Positions 20,655 through 29,070 of a stretch of 64,000 bases of DNA are shown piece after piece; within the stretch, counting starts at the first letter, position 1; every line of letters begins with the position of its first letter. The stretch covers positions 11,374 through 75,373 of the forward strand of contig JAZLKZ010000107.1 of NCBI GenBank assembly GCA_045597845.1, given 5' to 3'. Origin of the DNA: Bacteroidales bacterium. Lineage in GTDB: Bacteria > Bacteroidota > Bacteroidia > Bacteroidales > P3. Made by a program: the position numbers and the translations under genes. The notes below the pieces were generated by a model. It was not told the DNA's origin, did no database searches, and was given only the letters and a program-made list of their open reading frames with translations.

Positions 20655-21751
20655 CGAATGGACTTTGGCAACTCGGGACGCATGATATCCTCACGATTCA
20701 CGCCGAGATATTTTGCGTCGGAATCATAATCCACACCCATTTTATCCAGCAGAGGCTCCACCGCCACCTGATGCAACTGCAATCCCAAATCCCAAGGGTC
20801 GTATCCCAACACCAAACCCGCCAGTTCCTCATAAGTAAGCACTGGTATTCCGAATCCATTTTCGCCGTAGGTCTTTCCCGTCTGTTCCGCGATGACATAC
20901 TGCCATCTGTCGAGAAAATAGGGGCACCCCGGGCAATTGGCAACGATGGCATCTGGATGGTAAGGCTTCATAGATTCGAATTTCTTATAGGTGTTGGAAA
21001 TGCTATAACCTCGGTTGGCCTTTACATGATATTGGCGGAAACCATATCCGCAACAATGCCGACGCTCGGGATAATCGACCACCTCTCCGCCCCAGCTCTC
21101 AATCATTCCGGCCAGGACATAAGGATACTCGGCACCGCCTTCGCCTTTGGAAGGGAACATCTTGGCGTAATGGCAGCCGATATGCTCAACGATACGCAAC
21201 GGAACGCCCGTATGAGGATTTACCAAAAGATGCTTCGCCTTGGCAGCAATGGCATCACGCCAATGAAAAATCAAGTCGCTCGAATGGGCGAGGTATTTAG
21301 GCTTTTTGAATTCCCGTCGACAAGCCTTCCACAAATTCTCCCGAATCTTGGCTTCCAGTTCGGGAAACTGCTCCCAAGTCTCCAGAATTTCGGCATAGTT
21401 TCCGAAAGAGGTAATGCAACTTGGCACATAATTCTCATAACCCGCCTCGGTCATCAAGGCAAACTGTCGCGCCACGATGGTCATCGCGGTTTCTTGAGGC
21501 AAGGTATCGCAATGATAGGCAATACCTCCACAAGTGGTATGATGCGGAGTTTCGTAAAGGTCTTTTCCAAGCACATTACGCGTAATCTCAGTAAACATTC
21601 TTTCGCTGGCAGGAAAGAAATTCTGACGGATGCAGCTCCGCACATAATACCAATGATCGTCTGGTATATCTTTTTGATATTCACTCCAAATTCTCTTTTT
21701 ACCTTCGTAAATCATGCTGAGTTCCAGGTTTAAAATTAATTGAGGCGTCAA
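20645..21751 (-). CDS. HdrB-like protein with two CCG domains
   Basis: Cys motifs CGGIAYHC, CCGYGF and CPGCPYF are present. The alternative start ATG 21715 (MIYEGKK) is likely. Confidence 0.7.
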   Translation of the reverse strand: MTPQLILNLELSMIYEGKKRIWSEYQKDIPDDHWYYVRSCIRQNFFPASERMFTEITRNVLGKDLYETPHHTTCGGIAYHCDTLPQETAMTIVARQFALMTEAGYENYVPSCITSFGNYAEILETWEQFPELEAKIRENLWKACRREFKKPKYLAHSSDLIFHWRDAIAAKAKHLLVNPHTGVPLRIVEHIGCHYAKMFPSKGEGGAEYPYVLAGMIESWGGEVVDYPERRHCCGYGFRQYHVKANRGYSISNTYKKFESMKPYHPDAIVANCPGCPYFLDRWQYVIAEQTGKTYGENGFGIPVLTYEELAGLVLGYDPWDLGLQLHQVAVEPLLDKMGVDYDSDAKYLGVNREDIMRPELPKSIRCY

Positions 21752-21766
21752 CCCACAAGTTACAAC

Positions 21767-22459
21767 TCACTCATTGAAATGTTTGTCGGAACCATACTCA
21801 AATGCTTGGCGCTCATATTCATCCAGACCAAGACCCATCTCGGCGGCCTTTTTGGCGGAGCACTCCTCCACATGACGAATACGTTCCGAACCGCCCGTAA
21901 CATCGAAAATGGCCTTAAGTTCATCCAACGACGATTGTGGAATTTGACGCAGAACCCCGGGACCTTCACCTTTGTAGTTTGCACCTTGTCGGCGCAGGCT
22001 CTGTTCCAAATGCTCTGTATGCCATTTCCATACAGGTCCAGACTCCTTGTGGTCCTCCCAACGGAAAGTCTCAGGATGGACACAATAGCCATATTTGAGG
22101 ATATTCCCAGTCATGATATGCGTGAGCGGGAGCATCTGCCTACCTTTTTCCGACTCGGTGAAATAGCCCAGGCGCACACTCAAATCCCGCAAAGCCATAA
22201 TAACCAAGCCAGGACCGTTTTTTCGAGGGCAGCGGGTCACGCAACTCATGCACTCGCCACAGTACCATATTGTATCCGATTTCAGCAACGCCTCAATCTG
22301 CTCATCGTCTCTCGTCTGGACGGTGGAGACAATCTTGCGCGGGTCGTATTTATAGAATTCAGCCGCAGGGCATACCGCAGTGCAGGTGCCGCAGTTTATG
22401 CAAGTATGGAAGCCCTCCTTGAATCGATAGTCCTTTGACAATTCCTCAAACAAATTCAT
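21767..22459 (-). CDS. HdrC-like 4Fe-4S dicluster protein
   Basis: CINCGTCTAVCP and CGECMSCVTRCP are spaced as in HdrC. The protein has a long C-terminal extension. Confidence 0.7.
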   Translation of the reverse strand: MNLFEELSKDYRFKEGFHTCINCGTCTAVCPAAEFYKYDPRKIVSTVQTRDDEQIEALLKSDTIWYCGECMSCVTRCPRKNGPGLVIMALRDLSVRLGYFTESEKGRQMLPLTHIMTGNILKYGYCVHPETFRWEDHKESGPVWKWHTEHLEQSLRRQGANYKGEGPGVLRQIPQSSLDELKAIFDVTGGSERIRHVEECSAKKAAEMGLGLDEYERQAFEYGSDKHFNE

Positions 22460-22528
22460 GTCGGTTCTAAGTTTTAAATTTCAAGCGGGTTTGATTTTAG
22501 AATCATCATGGCTTCTTTTCATTCACCA

Positions 22529-23314
22529 CTACACAGCATTTACGCGCCTTGCGAGCCATGCGCACATTCCAGGGAAGAATCGCTTGACTCTAACCATCCA
22601 CAATTCAGAACCTCCGACAAAGACCTCACGACGACCTCTTCGGATAGCCTTCACTATTTTCCTTGCCGCTTTGTCGGCAGAGATGCCACCCGCTTGACCG
22701 GGGTCCATCACGCCATGGCGCAAACCACCTTTATCCAATGCATTCACTGAAACATTTGTCTGAACCCTACCGGGACACACCATCGTCACGCGAATATCAT
22801 TGTTGTAATACTCCGCTTGCAAGGTCTCAAAAAAGCCATACAACGCATGTTTAGACGAGCTGTATGCGCAACGTAGCGGGAAACCGAAATAGCCAGCGAT
22901 GGAAGTTGTTACGGCAATACGTCCGCCGCCGGAAGCTATCATCATAGGCAGGATTGCCTGCGCCAAAGACACTGGGGCGAAGTAATTCACCTCCATAATC
23001 TTTCTCACCATGGAGGAAGATGTATCTTCAACAGAAGTGCGCTGACTTATTCCTGCATTGCAAAACAGGACTTCAATTCCATTAAAGAGATCCCACGCTT
23101 GTCGCACCAACATTCGCAGACCTTCCGGGTTTCCGAAATCATACGGCAATACCGCAACACCAGGCGCTCCCAGACTACGGCATTTTTCCGCCACAACAAG
23201 GAGCCTTTCCTCGGACGAAGAAGTGAGCACCAAACGCTCGCCTTTGCTGGCATAGTTGTAGGCGCACGCCTCTCCAATTCCCGAAGAGGCCCCAGTAATC
23301 CAAATTGTATTCAT
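22529..23314 (-). CDS. Classical short-chain dehydrogenase/reductase (SDR)
   Basis: Contains TGASSGIG, NAG and the catalytic YSSSK. Confidence 0.9.
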   Translation of the reverse strand: MNTIWITGASSGIGEACAYNYASKGERLVLTSSSEERLLVVAEKCRSLGAPGVAVLPYDFGNPEGLRMLVRQAWDLFNGIEVLFCNAGISQRTSVEDTSSSMVRKIMEVNYFAPVSLAQAILPMMIASGGGRIAVTTSIAGYFGFPLRCAYSSSKHALYGFFETLQAEYYNNDIRVTMVCPGRVQTNVSVNALDKGGLRHGVMDPGQAGGISADKAARKIVKAIRRGRREVFVGGSELWMVRVKRFFPGMCAWLARRVNAV

Positions 23315-23359
23315 ATCAATCAGACCACAAATTACAGTTCATTGGTCACTAGTCGCCAT

Positions 23360-24619
23360 TTAGCATTTGCGATCGGGCATTTCCTTGTCGTATTCGCCAT
23401 TCGCCAAACGCTGCTTGATGTCGCGGAAAGCCTCCAACGTACGGTCCACATCTTCGATAGTGTGGGCTGCGGTAGGAATGATACGGAAAATGAGCATTCC
23501 TGGAGGAATGACAGGATAGGTGACAATAGAGCAGAAAATATGATAGTTTTCGCGCAAATCGACCGCGATGTTGGTCGCCTGGTTGATGCCACAAGCCAGA
23601 TGGACAGGAGTCACGCACGCCTCGGCAGGTCCAATCTCGTAGCCCAATTCGCGAAAACCGTTCTGCAATCGGCGAGTTACTTCCCACAACTGTTTTCTGC
23701 GGGCGTCGCCCTCGGGTCCACGGATGATTTCAAGGCGTTTCAAACAGCCTTCCACAATAGGCATCGGCAACGATTTGGCGTACATCTGCGAACGCATATT
23801 GTAGCGCAGATAGGTGATGATTTCTTTCTCGGAAGCCACAAAACCGCCAATGGTGGCCATCGACTTGGCATAGGCACCAATATACAAGTCCACGCCGTCC
23901 ATGACTCCAAAATGCTCGGAGGTGCCACGTCCGTGAGGCCCCATGACGCCAAAGCCATGAGCGTCATCTATCAAGAAACGGAAGTTGTATTTCTGCTTCA
24001 ACGCTACAATCTGATCCAAAATGCCCAACGCACCCGTCATTCCAAACACGCCTTCGGTAATCACCAAAACGCCGCCACCGTTTTTGTCGGCTTCGGCACA
24101 GGCGCGAGCAACCATCTTCTCGCAATCCACAATGTCGTTATGACGGAATTTGTATTTGCTGCCAATGTGCAGACGGATGCCATCCAACAGGCAAGCGTGA
24201 CTTTCTGCGTCATATACAATAACATCATGGCGACCCACCAACGCGTCGATAGTAGAGACAATGCCCTGATATCCAAAATTGAATTCAAAAGCAGCCTCTT
24301 TGCATTCAAAGTCGGCCAACTGACGTTCCAATTCTTCATGCAAAGCAGTCTGGCCTGTCATCATACGGCTTCCCATTGGATACGCCATTCCCCAGCGGGC
24401 GGCGGCTTCGGCGTCCACCTTTCTGATTTCGGGATGATTGGCAAGTCCTAAATAATTGTTCAAGCTCCAGCAAAGTACGTCTTGTCCATTGAAACGCATA
24501 TTGGGGCCAAGCTCACCCTCCAACTTCGGGAAAGCGAAATAACCATCGGCCTTTTCACGAAACTGTCCGATAGGACCGCCCGTTGACTGCTTGATTTTAT
24601 CAAAGATATCTTTCTGCAT
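23360..24619 (-). CDS. Alpha-oxoamine synthase family PLP enzyme (AONS/KBL/SPT/cysteate-acyltransferase family)
   Basis: Shows the fold-type I AOS pattern: NNYLGLANHPE, DDAHGFGVMG, and a PLP-lysine region GAYAKSMATIGGF. Confidence 0.85.
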   Translation of the reverse strand: MQKDIFDKIKQSTGGPIGQFREKADGYFAFPKLEGELGPNMRFNGQDVLCWSLNNYLGLANHPEIRKVDAEAAARWGMAYPMGSRMMTGQTALHEELERQLADFECKEAAFEFNFGYQGIVSTIDALVGRHDVIVYDAESHACLLDGIRLHIGSKYKFRHNDIVDCEKMVARACAEADKNGGGVLVITEGVFGMTGALGILDQIVALKQKYNFRFLIDDAHGFGVMGPHGRGTSEHFGVMDGVDLYIGAYAKSMATIGGFVASEKEIITYLRYNMRSQMYAKSLPMPIVEGCLKRLEIIRGPEGDARRKQLWEVTRRLQNGFRELGYEIGPAEACVTPVHLACGINQATNIAVDLRENYHIFCSIVTYPVIPPGMLIFRIIPTAAHTIEDVDRTLEAFRDIKQRLANGEYDKEMPDRKC

Positions 24620-24666
24620 ATTATTGAAATTTTAAGTTTACAAATTAAGTTCAAATCATCGTTCAC

Positions 24667-25740
24667 CTATCTCACTTGCTCTTTCGAAACCCATCCCATC
24701 ATTCGGAAAAGCATTTTGGGCAAAGGTTTGTATTTATCTCTTTTCGTCATGTCGATAAACCATCCCAATTTCTTGACAATAGGGATTTTGTGCGTTTCCA
24801 CAAACTCTATCAACGTACCATCAGGATCTTCGATGTAAGTAAAATGACCCGAAGCGTCACCCATGTCGAACAACTCGTTTCCCGGACAACTATCCACCGT
24901 GAACGGATGGCCCTGTGAGGCGCAGAAGGCGCCCAACTCGCGCATTCCACTCACGTCGAAACAAATCTGAATGAAACCGGGGTCGCCCCAAAAACGGCCC
25001 TCGTAGATTTTACGAGGCACGCGCTCCAATGCCTGGACCAACTCTATGGAACTGTCGCCAAACATCTCGGCAAAGGCACCCTTTCGCGGTTGCGAAGTGG
25101 TTAGGAGCACCCTACGGCAACGCTGGCCTCCACCCGACAAACCAGCCCAATCCCCAAACTGATCGGTTACATCATACACCACTTTGTCGTAGCCAAGCAA
25201 CTCGCTGTAAAACTTAACGGACGCTTCCATATTGCTGACGCCAACCATAGCACCCGCGATTCCGCCCGTGAGACATTTACGTCGGATATAGCTGTGCGGT
25301 TGAGATACCATCTGGAAAAGATTCCCGTACAAATCCTTCACATAAAAGGTCTTTGTTCCATCTGGCATCTGGGCAGGCTTCGTACAGTCTTCCCACTTGG
25401 CGGACAACTCTTTATAGAAGGCATCCACGTCGCGACAATTCACCTTGGCGCAGAAAATACCCAAATCGCCAATCGACAATTCAAAATCAATCGGTTTTGG
25501 CTTGCGTTCAGAATACTGCCATATTTCGAAACCGCCACCTCCTTGCAAGTTTACGGCAATACAAGCATGACGCTTTTGAGGTGCGTTGCCAGTGTATGGC
25601 AACATACGTTCAGCAACGGTATCGTCCTCCAAAATCTTTGTATCCACGGAAAACATTTCAATAAACCAATTCCATGATTTACGGAAATCCTCCGTGCCAA
25701 CACCCACTTGCTGAATACCTGAGATATTAAAACCAGACAT
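24667..25740 (-). CDS. VOC (glyoxalase/bleomycin-resistance/dioxygenase) superfamily protein, multi-module
   Basis: Repeated beta-alpha-beta-beta-beta modules are visible (GIQQVGVGTEDF.., FCAKVNCRDVDAFY.., TYIEDPDGTLIEFVE). This is the first gene of the operon. Confidence 0.7.
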   Translation of the reverse strand: MSGFNISGIQQVGVGTEDFRKSWNWFIEMFSVDTKILEDDTVAERMLPYTGNAPQKRHACIAVNLQGGGGFEIWQYSERKPKPIDFELSIGDLGIFCAKVNCRDVDAFYKELSAKWEDCTKPAQMPDGTKTFYVKDLYGNLFQMVSQPHSYIRRKCLTGGIAGAMVGVSNMEASVKFYSELLGYDKVVYDVTDQFGDWAGLSGGGQRCRRVLLTTSQPRKGAFAEMFGDSSIELVQALERVPRKIYEGRFWGDPGFIQICFDVSGMRELGAFCASQGHPFTVDSCPGNELFDMGDASGHFTYIEDPDGTLIEFVETHKIPIVKKLGWFIDMTKRDKYKPLPKMLFRMMGWVSKEQVR

Positions 25741-25906
25741 ATTTATTATTTATTGTTGATTACCTATTGAAAACCGAGAAACTACAACTTGCAGAACCGG
25801 CAATTGTACGGTGCATGATGTATCTCGTTTTTTTTATTTCCCCTTGCCAACTCCTCAAAACCCATCCTAAACAATTGTATCAAGTTATATTGTAATTACA
25901 TATATT

Positions 25907-25935
25907 GTAAAATGTAATATAGTATAACATTTTAC
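25907..25935. promoter_or_regulatory. AT-rich inverted repeat GTAAAATGT-N11-ACATTTTAC (candidate operator or 5' leader hairpin)
   Basis: It has perfect 9-bp arms and sits immediately downstream of the candidate promoter box. Next to it are the palindrome TTACATATATTGTAA (25896-25910) and a direct repeat TATATTGTAA (25886-25895, 25901-25910). Confidence 0.45.
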
Positions 25936-25943
25936 TATCAGTG

Positions 25944-25951
25944 CAAAAATA
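25944..25951 (-). promoter_or_regulatory. Candidate -7 promoter box (TATTTTTG) for the 25740-16121 operon
   Basis: The plus strand reads CAAAAATA. It is the only TAnnTTTG match I found between the VOC gene start and the rpmE2 terminator, about 205 nt upstream of ATG 25740. Confidence 0.35.
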
Positions 25952-26020
25952 AGACTTTTTTTTTATATGAAGGCTTTTATGGGGGAAAAAAATTACACTT
26001 CCCAAATTTTCGGCCTTATA

Positions 26021-26049
26021 TAAAAAGAAAAGGCATCCTAATGGATGCC
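26021..26049 (-). terminator. Intrinsic terminator of rpmE2
   Basis: The stem GGCATCC/GGATGCC (26032-26038 and 26043-26049) is followed on the minus strand by TTTTCTTTTT. Confidence 0.75.
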
Positions 26050-26093
26050 TTAAATCTAAATCTAAAACAAAATACCGATATGGAATGTATAGA

Positions 26094-26351
26094 TTATTTC
26101 TTGGAATATCTCTTGTACTTGTTCATGAACTTATCAACGCGTCCGGCGGTGTCAACAAGTTTCAACTTACCCGTGAAGAAAGGGTGTGAAGTGTTGGAGA
26201 TTTCAAGCTTTACAACGGGATACTCATTACCATCGGTATAGGTAACGGTTTCTTTGGTGTTGGCGCAGCTCTTGGTGAGCACCATGGTGTCGTTAGACAT
26301 ATCCTTGAATACAACCAAGCGGTAATTTTCGGGATGGATTCCTTTTTTCAT
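26094..26351 (-). CDS. rpmE2: 50S ribosomal protein L31 type B
   Basis: Contains MKKGIHPENY...SNTSHPFFTGK..VDTAGRVDKF and lacks the CxxC zinc motif. Confidence 0.95.
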   Translation of the reverse strand: MKKGIHPENYRLVVFKDMSNDTMVLTKSCANTKETVTYTDGNEYPVVKLEISNTSHPFFTGKLKLVDTAGRVDKFMNKYKRYSKK

Positions 26352-26832
26352 CGTATTTGCGTTTTGCCGTTTTAAGCAGTGGCTTTTTAAACGATTGGTT
26401 AAACAATTATTTTCACTAAAAGATTTGCAAAATTACACAATTATTTTGAATTGGAGAAATAATTTACATTCCATCTTTACAGAATCACGAAGACACAAAG
26501 AAATACAACACATTACAAAAACAAACCAATCAAATACAACAAGGCAATTTTGAGTTGTGCATATCGATAATCCTTTGTAAAAATTGATTTTTCACTACAA
26601 AAAATAAGAATTCATCCAACAGGTTTTATATCTTTGCAACATAAATATTAGGTACGAAGCGGCCAAAGCAGGCTCTCAGTCGAACACCCATAAGCAAAAA
26701 GTTGAATTTTTAGAGCCTGTATCATTTTTTTTATATCTTTGCACCATCAAAAGGTAGTAATAACACCTGATTCCCGTTGTGAGTTCGGAATGAGGAAGTT
26801 AATAATTATAACTCACATATATACAATATAAT

Positions 26833-28146
26833 ATGAAAAAATTATCATTCAGACTTATGGTGTGCGCCTTGCTAATAGCCACCCCCGCCCACTCCCAAAA
26901 TTTTATTAAACAACTGGGCAACGCTGCCAAAAACGCTGCCAAAAACGCAGTAGAGCGTAACGTTACAAATAAAGTGGAGGAAGGCGTAGATAAAGCCTTT
27001 GACGCCAATTTACACAAAAACAACAACGAAAACCAGACATCCGATAACAATGAAGAACAGGCAGCTAACGGCTGGCAATGCCCGCAATGCGGTACAAAAG
27101 GCAATACAGGCAAGTTCTGCAACGAATGCGGAGCCAAACGCCCTGACGGAAGTTCTGCTACAGCAACAGTCACTGAGAAAAAAACAACCACAACCGAATA
27201 TGCAAAATGTGATTTCGTCCCAGGTGACGAGGTCTTCTTTGACGATCCTGTTGAGGGTGAACAAGTTGGTGAGTTCCCTAGCAAATGGGATATGATCAGT
27301 GGCTCTTCCGAAATAGCCGTCTTGAATGGAGAGCAAGTCATCACAATTGTTGAGCCTACTAGAATCTTGCCGCTTATGAAAGATGCCCGCAATTTCTTGG
27401 GTGATGCTTTCACTCTCGAACTCGATTTCTGGGGCACCGAACTCCAAGGCAGCGACTATGCCGAATATCTTCTTAATTTTGAAAGTGGCGATTATGGCAT
27501 TAAGATGTTTGTTTACAGCTCGAGCACCTCGTATGAAGTGTGGTGGCACAACAACTCAACAGGCAACTGGGCAAATGCTAGTGGCGAAATACCAAATATC
27601 AATATCAACGGATGGAACCACCTTGCTGTCTCTTTCAACAAACGCGCTCTCAAAGTCTATATCAATGGCACACGCGTTGCTTCTGCTCCTAATGTCAAGC
27701 CTTCCACATGGTTCAATATCGGAAATGAGCTCTGGAAATCTCATGGTTACATCAAAAACATCCGTTTGGCAAAGGGCGCAGTACCTCTCTACGACCGACT
27801 TGCTTCAGAAGGCAAAATCATCACCTACGCTATCACTTTTGAGACAGGAAAGGCTGACCTCAAACCTGAGTCTATGGTCGAAATTAACCGTATTGCCAAG
27901 CTGATGAACAACGACGCTTCGCTCAACTTTGAGGTTCAAGGCCACTGCGACAATACCGGCTCCGACAAAGTCAACGACCCGCTCAGCCAGAAGCGTGCAG
28001 AAGCAATCGTTGCCGCTTTGGTAGAACAGGGCATTAATGCTTCCCGCCTCACCGCTGTAGGCAAAGGTAGCCATAACCCTATTGCAGACAACTCGACAGA
28101 TGAGGGCCGCGCTAAAAACAGAAGAGTGGAATTCATAAAAAAATAA
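26833..28146 (+). CDS. OmpA-family protein with signal peptide, zinc-ribbon-like segment, LamG/lectin-like middle domain and OmpA_C domain
   Basis: Signal peptide ..LLIATPAHSQ, CPQCGTKGNTGKFCNECG, a LamG-like region (WNHLAVSFNKRALKVYINGTRV), and an OmpA_C region (FETGKADL.., GHCDNTGS..LSQKRA.., NRRVEF). Confidence 0.85.
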   Translation: MKKLSFRLMVCALLIATPAHSQNFIKQLGNAAKNAAKNAVERNVTNKVEEGVDKAFDANLHKNNNENQTSDNNEEQAANGWQCPQCGTKGNTGKFCNECGAKRPDGSSATATVTEKKTTTTEYAKCDFVPGDEVFFDDPVEGEQVGEFPSKWDMISGSSEIAVLNGEQVITIVEPTRILPLMKDARNFLGDAFTLELDFWGTELQGSDYAEYLLNFESGDYGIKMFVYSSSTSYEVWWHNNSTGNWANASGEIPNININGWNHLAVSFNKRALKVYINGTRVASAPNVKPSTWFNIGNELWKSHGYIKNIRLAKGAVPLYDRLASEGKIITYAITFETGKADLKPESMVEINRIAKLMNNDASLNFEVQGHCDNTGSDKVNDPLSQKRAEAIVAALVEQGINASRLTAVGKGSHNPIADNSTDEGRAKNRRVEFIKK

Positions 28147-28407
28147 TACAAAACAAACAACTTAACGCATTCAACCATATTGGCTTTGGTATTAGCCGTT
28201 CAAACATTGGCCAGTGTCAACATCGATATACACCCCTTAACTCGGCCGCTTCTATCATAGCATCCGAACGACTCAAACCAAAATATCGAGTGGCAACTAT
28301 TATAAAGGAGATACTTGCAAATGCACCAAGAATACGCAACCTTCACCCGCCACCAATATAACAATTATGATAATATATACTTTATCCTAAATAAAAAATT
28401 ATTCATC

Positions 28408-28977
28408 ATGAAAAAATTAGCATTATCTATCCTATGTACCGCCTGTATTATAGGATTCACCGCCTGCGGACACTCAGGTGAAACATCTTCAGCAGAAAAA
28501 ATAGCAGAATCCATGGACCTTCCGGAAGAAGGTATGCACGGCTATTCCGGCAGTGCAGGCGAAGCACTTCAGAATGTTACCGATAATAATTACATAGACA
28601 TAGCCCAAGGTATATTCGGCATAGATGTAGCTCTGCAAGACGGGTGGACCCTTAAAAGTGCCACAAGTCCTAACAAAGTGAACAACCTGAAGATTGTATA
28701 AGAAATAGCCGACGCCGATGCCGATATAAATGCCATAACCAAATCCTATTATGACCAATGCCTGGCTATAGCTACCGATGGCGTATATGCCGTAAAAATG
28801 GATTATAATACCGGAGCCGTAAATAGAGGAGAAAAATATGCCGACTATGAATCATACAAAGCACAAAGCGGTGGAATGGATATGTGGTCATATGACTACA
28901 ATGGTCAAACCATACAATTCACATTCTCCTCATGGAAAAAACAAGTGGAAATTACATTTGTTCTTACCACCAAATAA
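28408..28977 (+). pseudogene. Lipoprotein gene with an in-frame TAA at 28699-28701
   Basis: The lipobox is LCTACIIGFTAC|G. After the TAA, 91 sense codons stay open in the same frame in AT-rich DNA, until TAA 28975-28977. A strong terminator follows at 29014-29051. Confidence 0.6.
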
Positions 28978-29013
28978 GCATTGGCTTAGCTATATTTTGA
29001 CAAATAGTGTCGA

Positions 29014-29051
29014 AAAATCACTTTTGTCTAAAGGGCAAAAGTGATTTTTTT
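29014..29051 (+). terminator. Intrinsic terminator
   Basis: A 13-bp stem AAAATCACTTTTG/CAAAAGTGATTTT with a 9-nt loop and a T-run. Confidence 0.8.
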
Positions 29052-29070
29052 AATATAAACCCCAAACAAT

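Noticed and set aside
16121-22459. Reading the cysteate-synthase-like and Hdr-like genes as a coenzyme M or methanogen-type heterodisulfide system.
   Set aside because: The context is clearly bacterial (Bacteroidales promoters, T9SS cargo). No mcr or com genes are present. The HdrA-like protein is the short ~340-aa type, and the flanking AOS and SDR genes point to lipid rather than cofactor chemistry.
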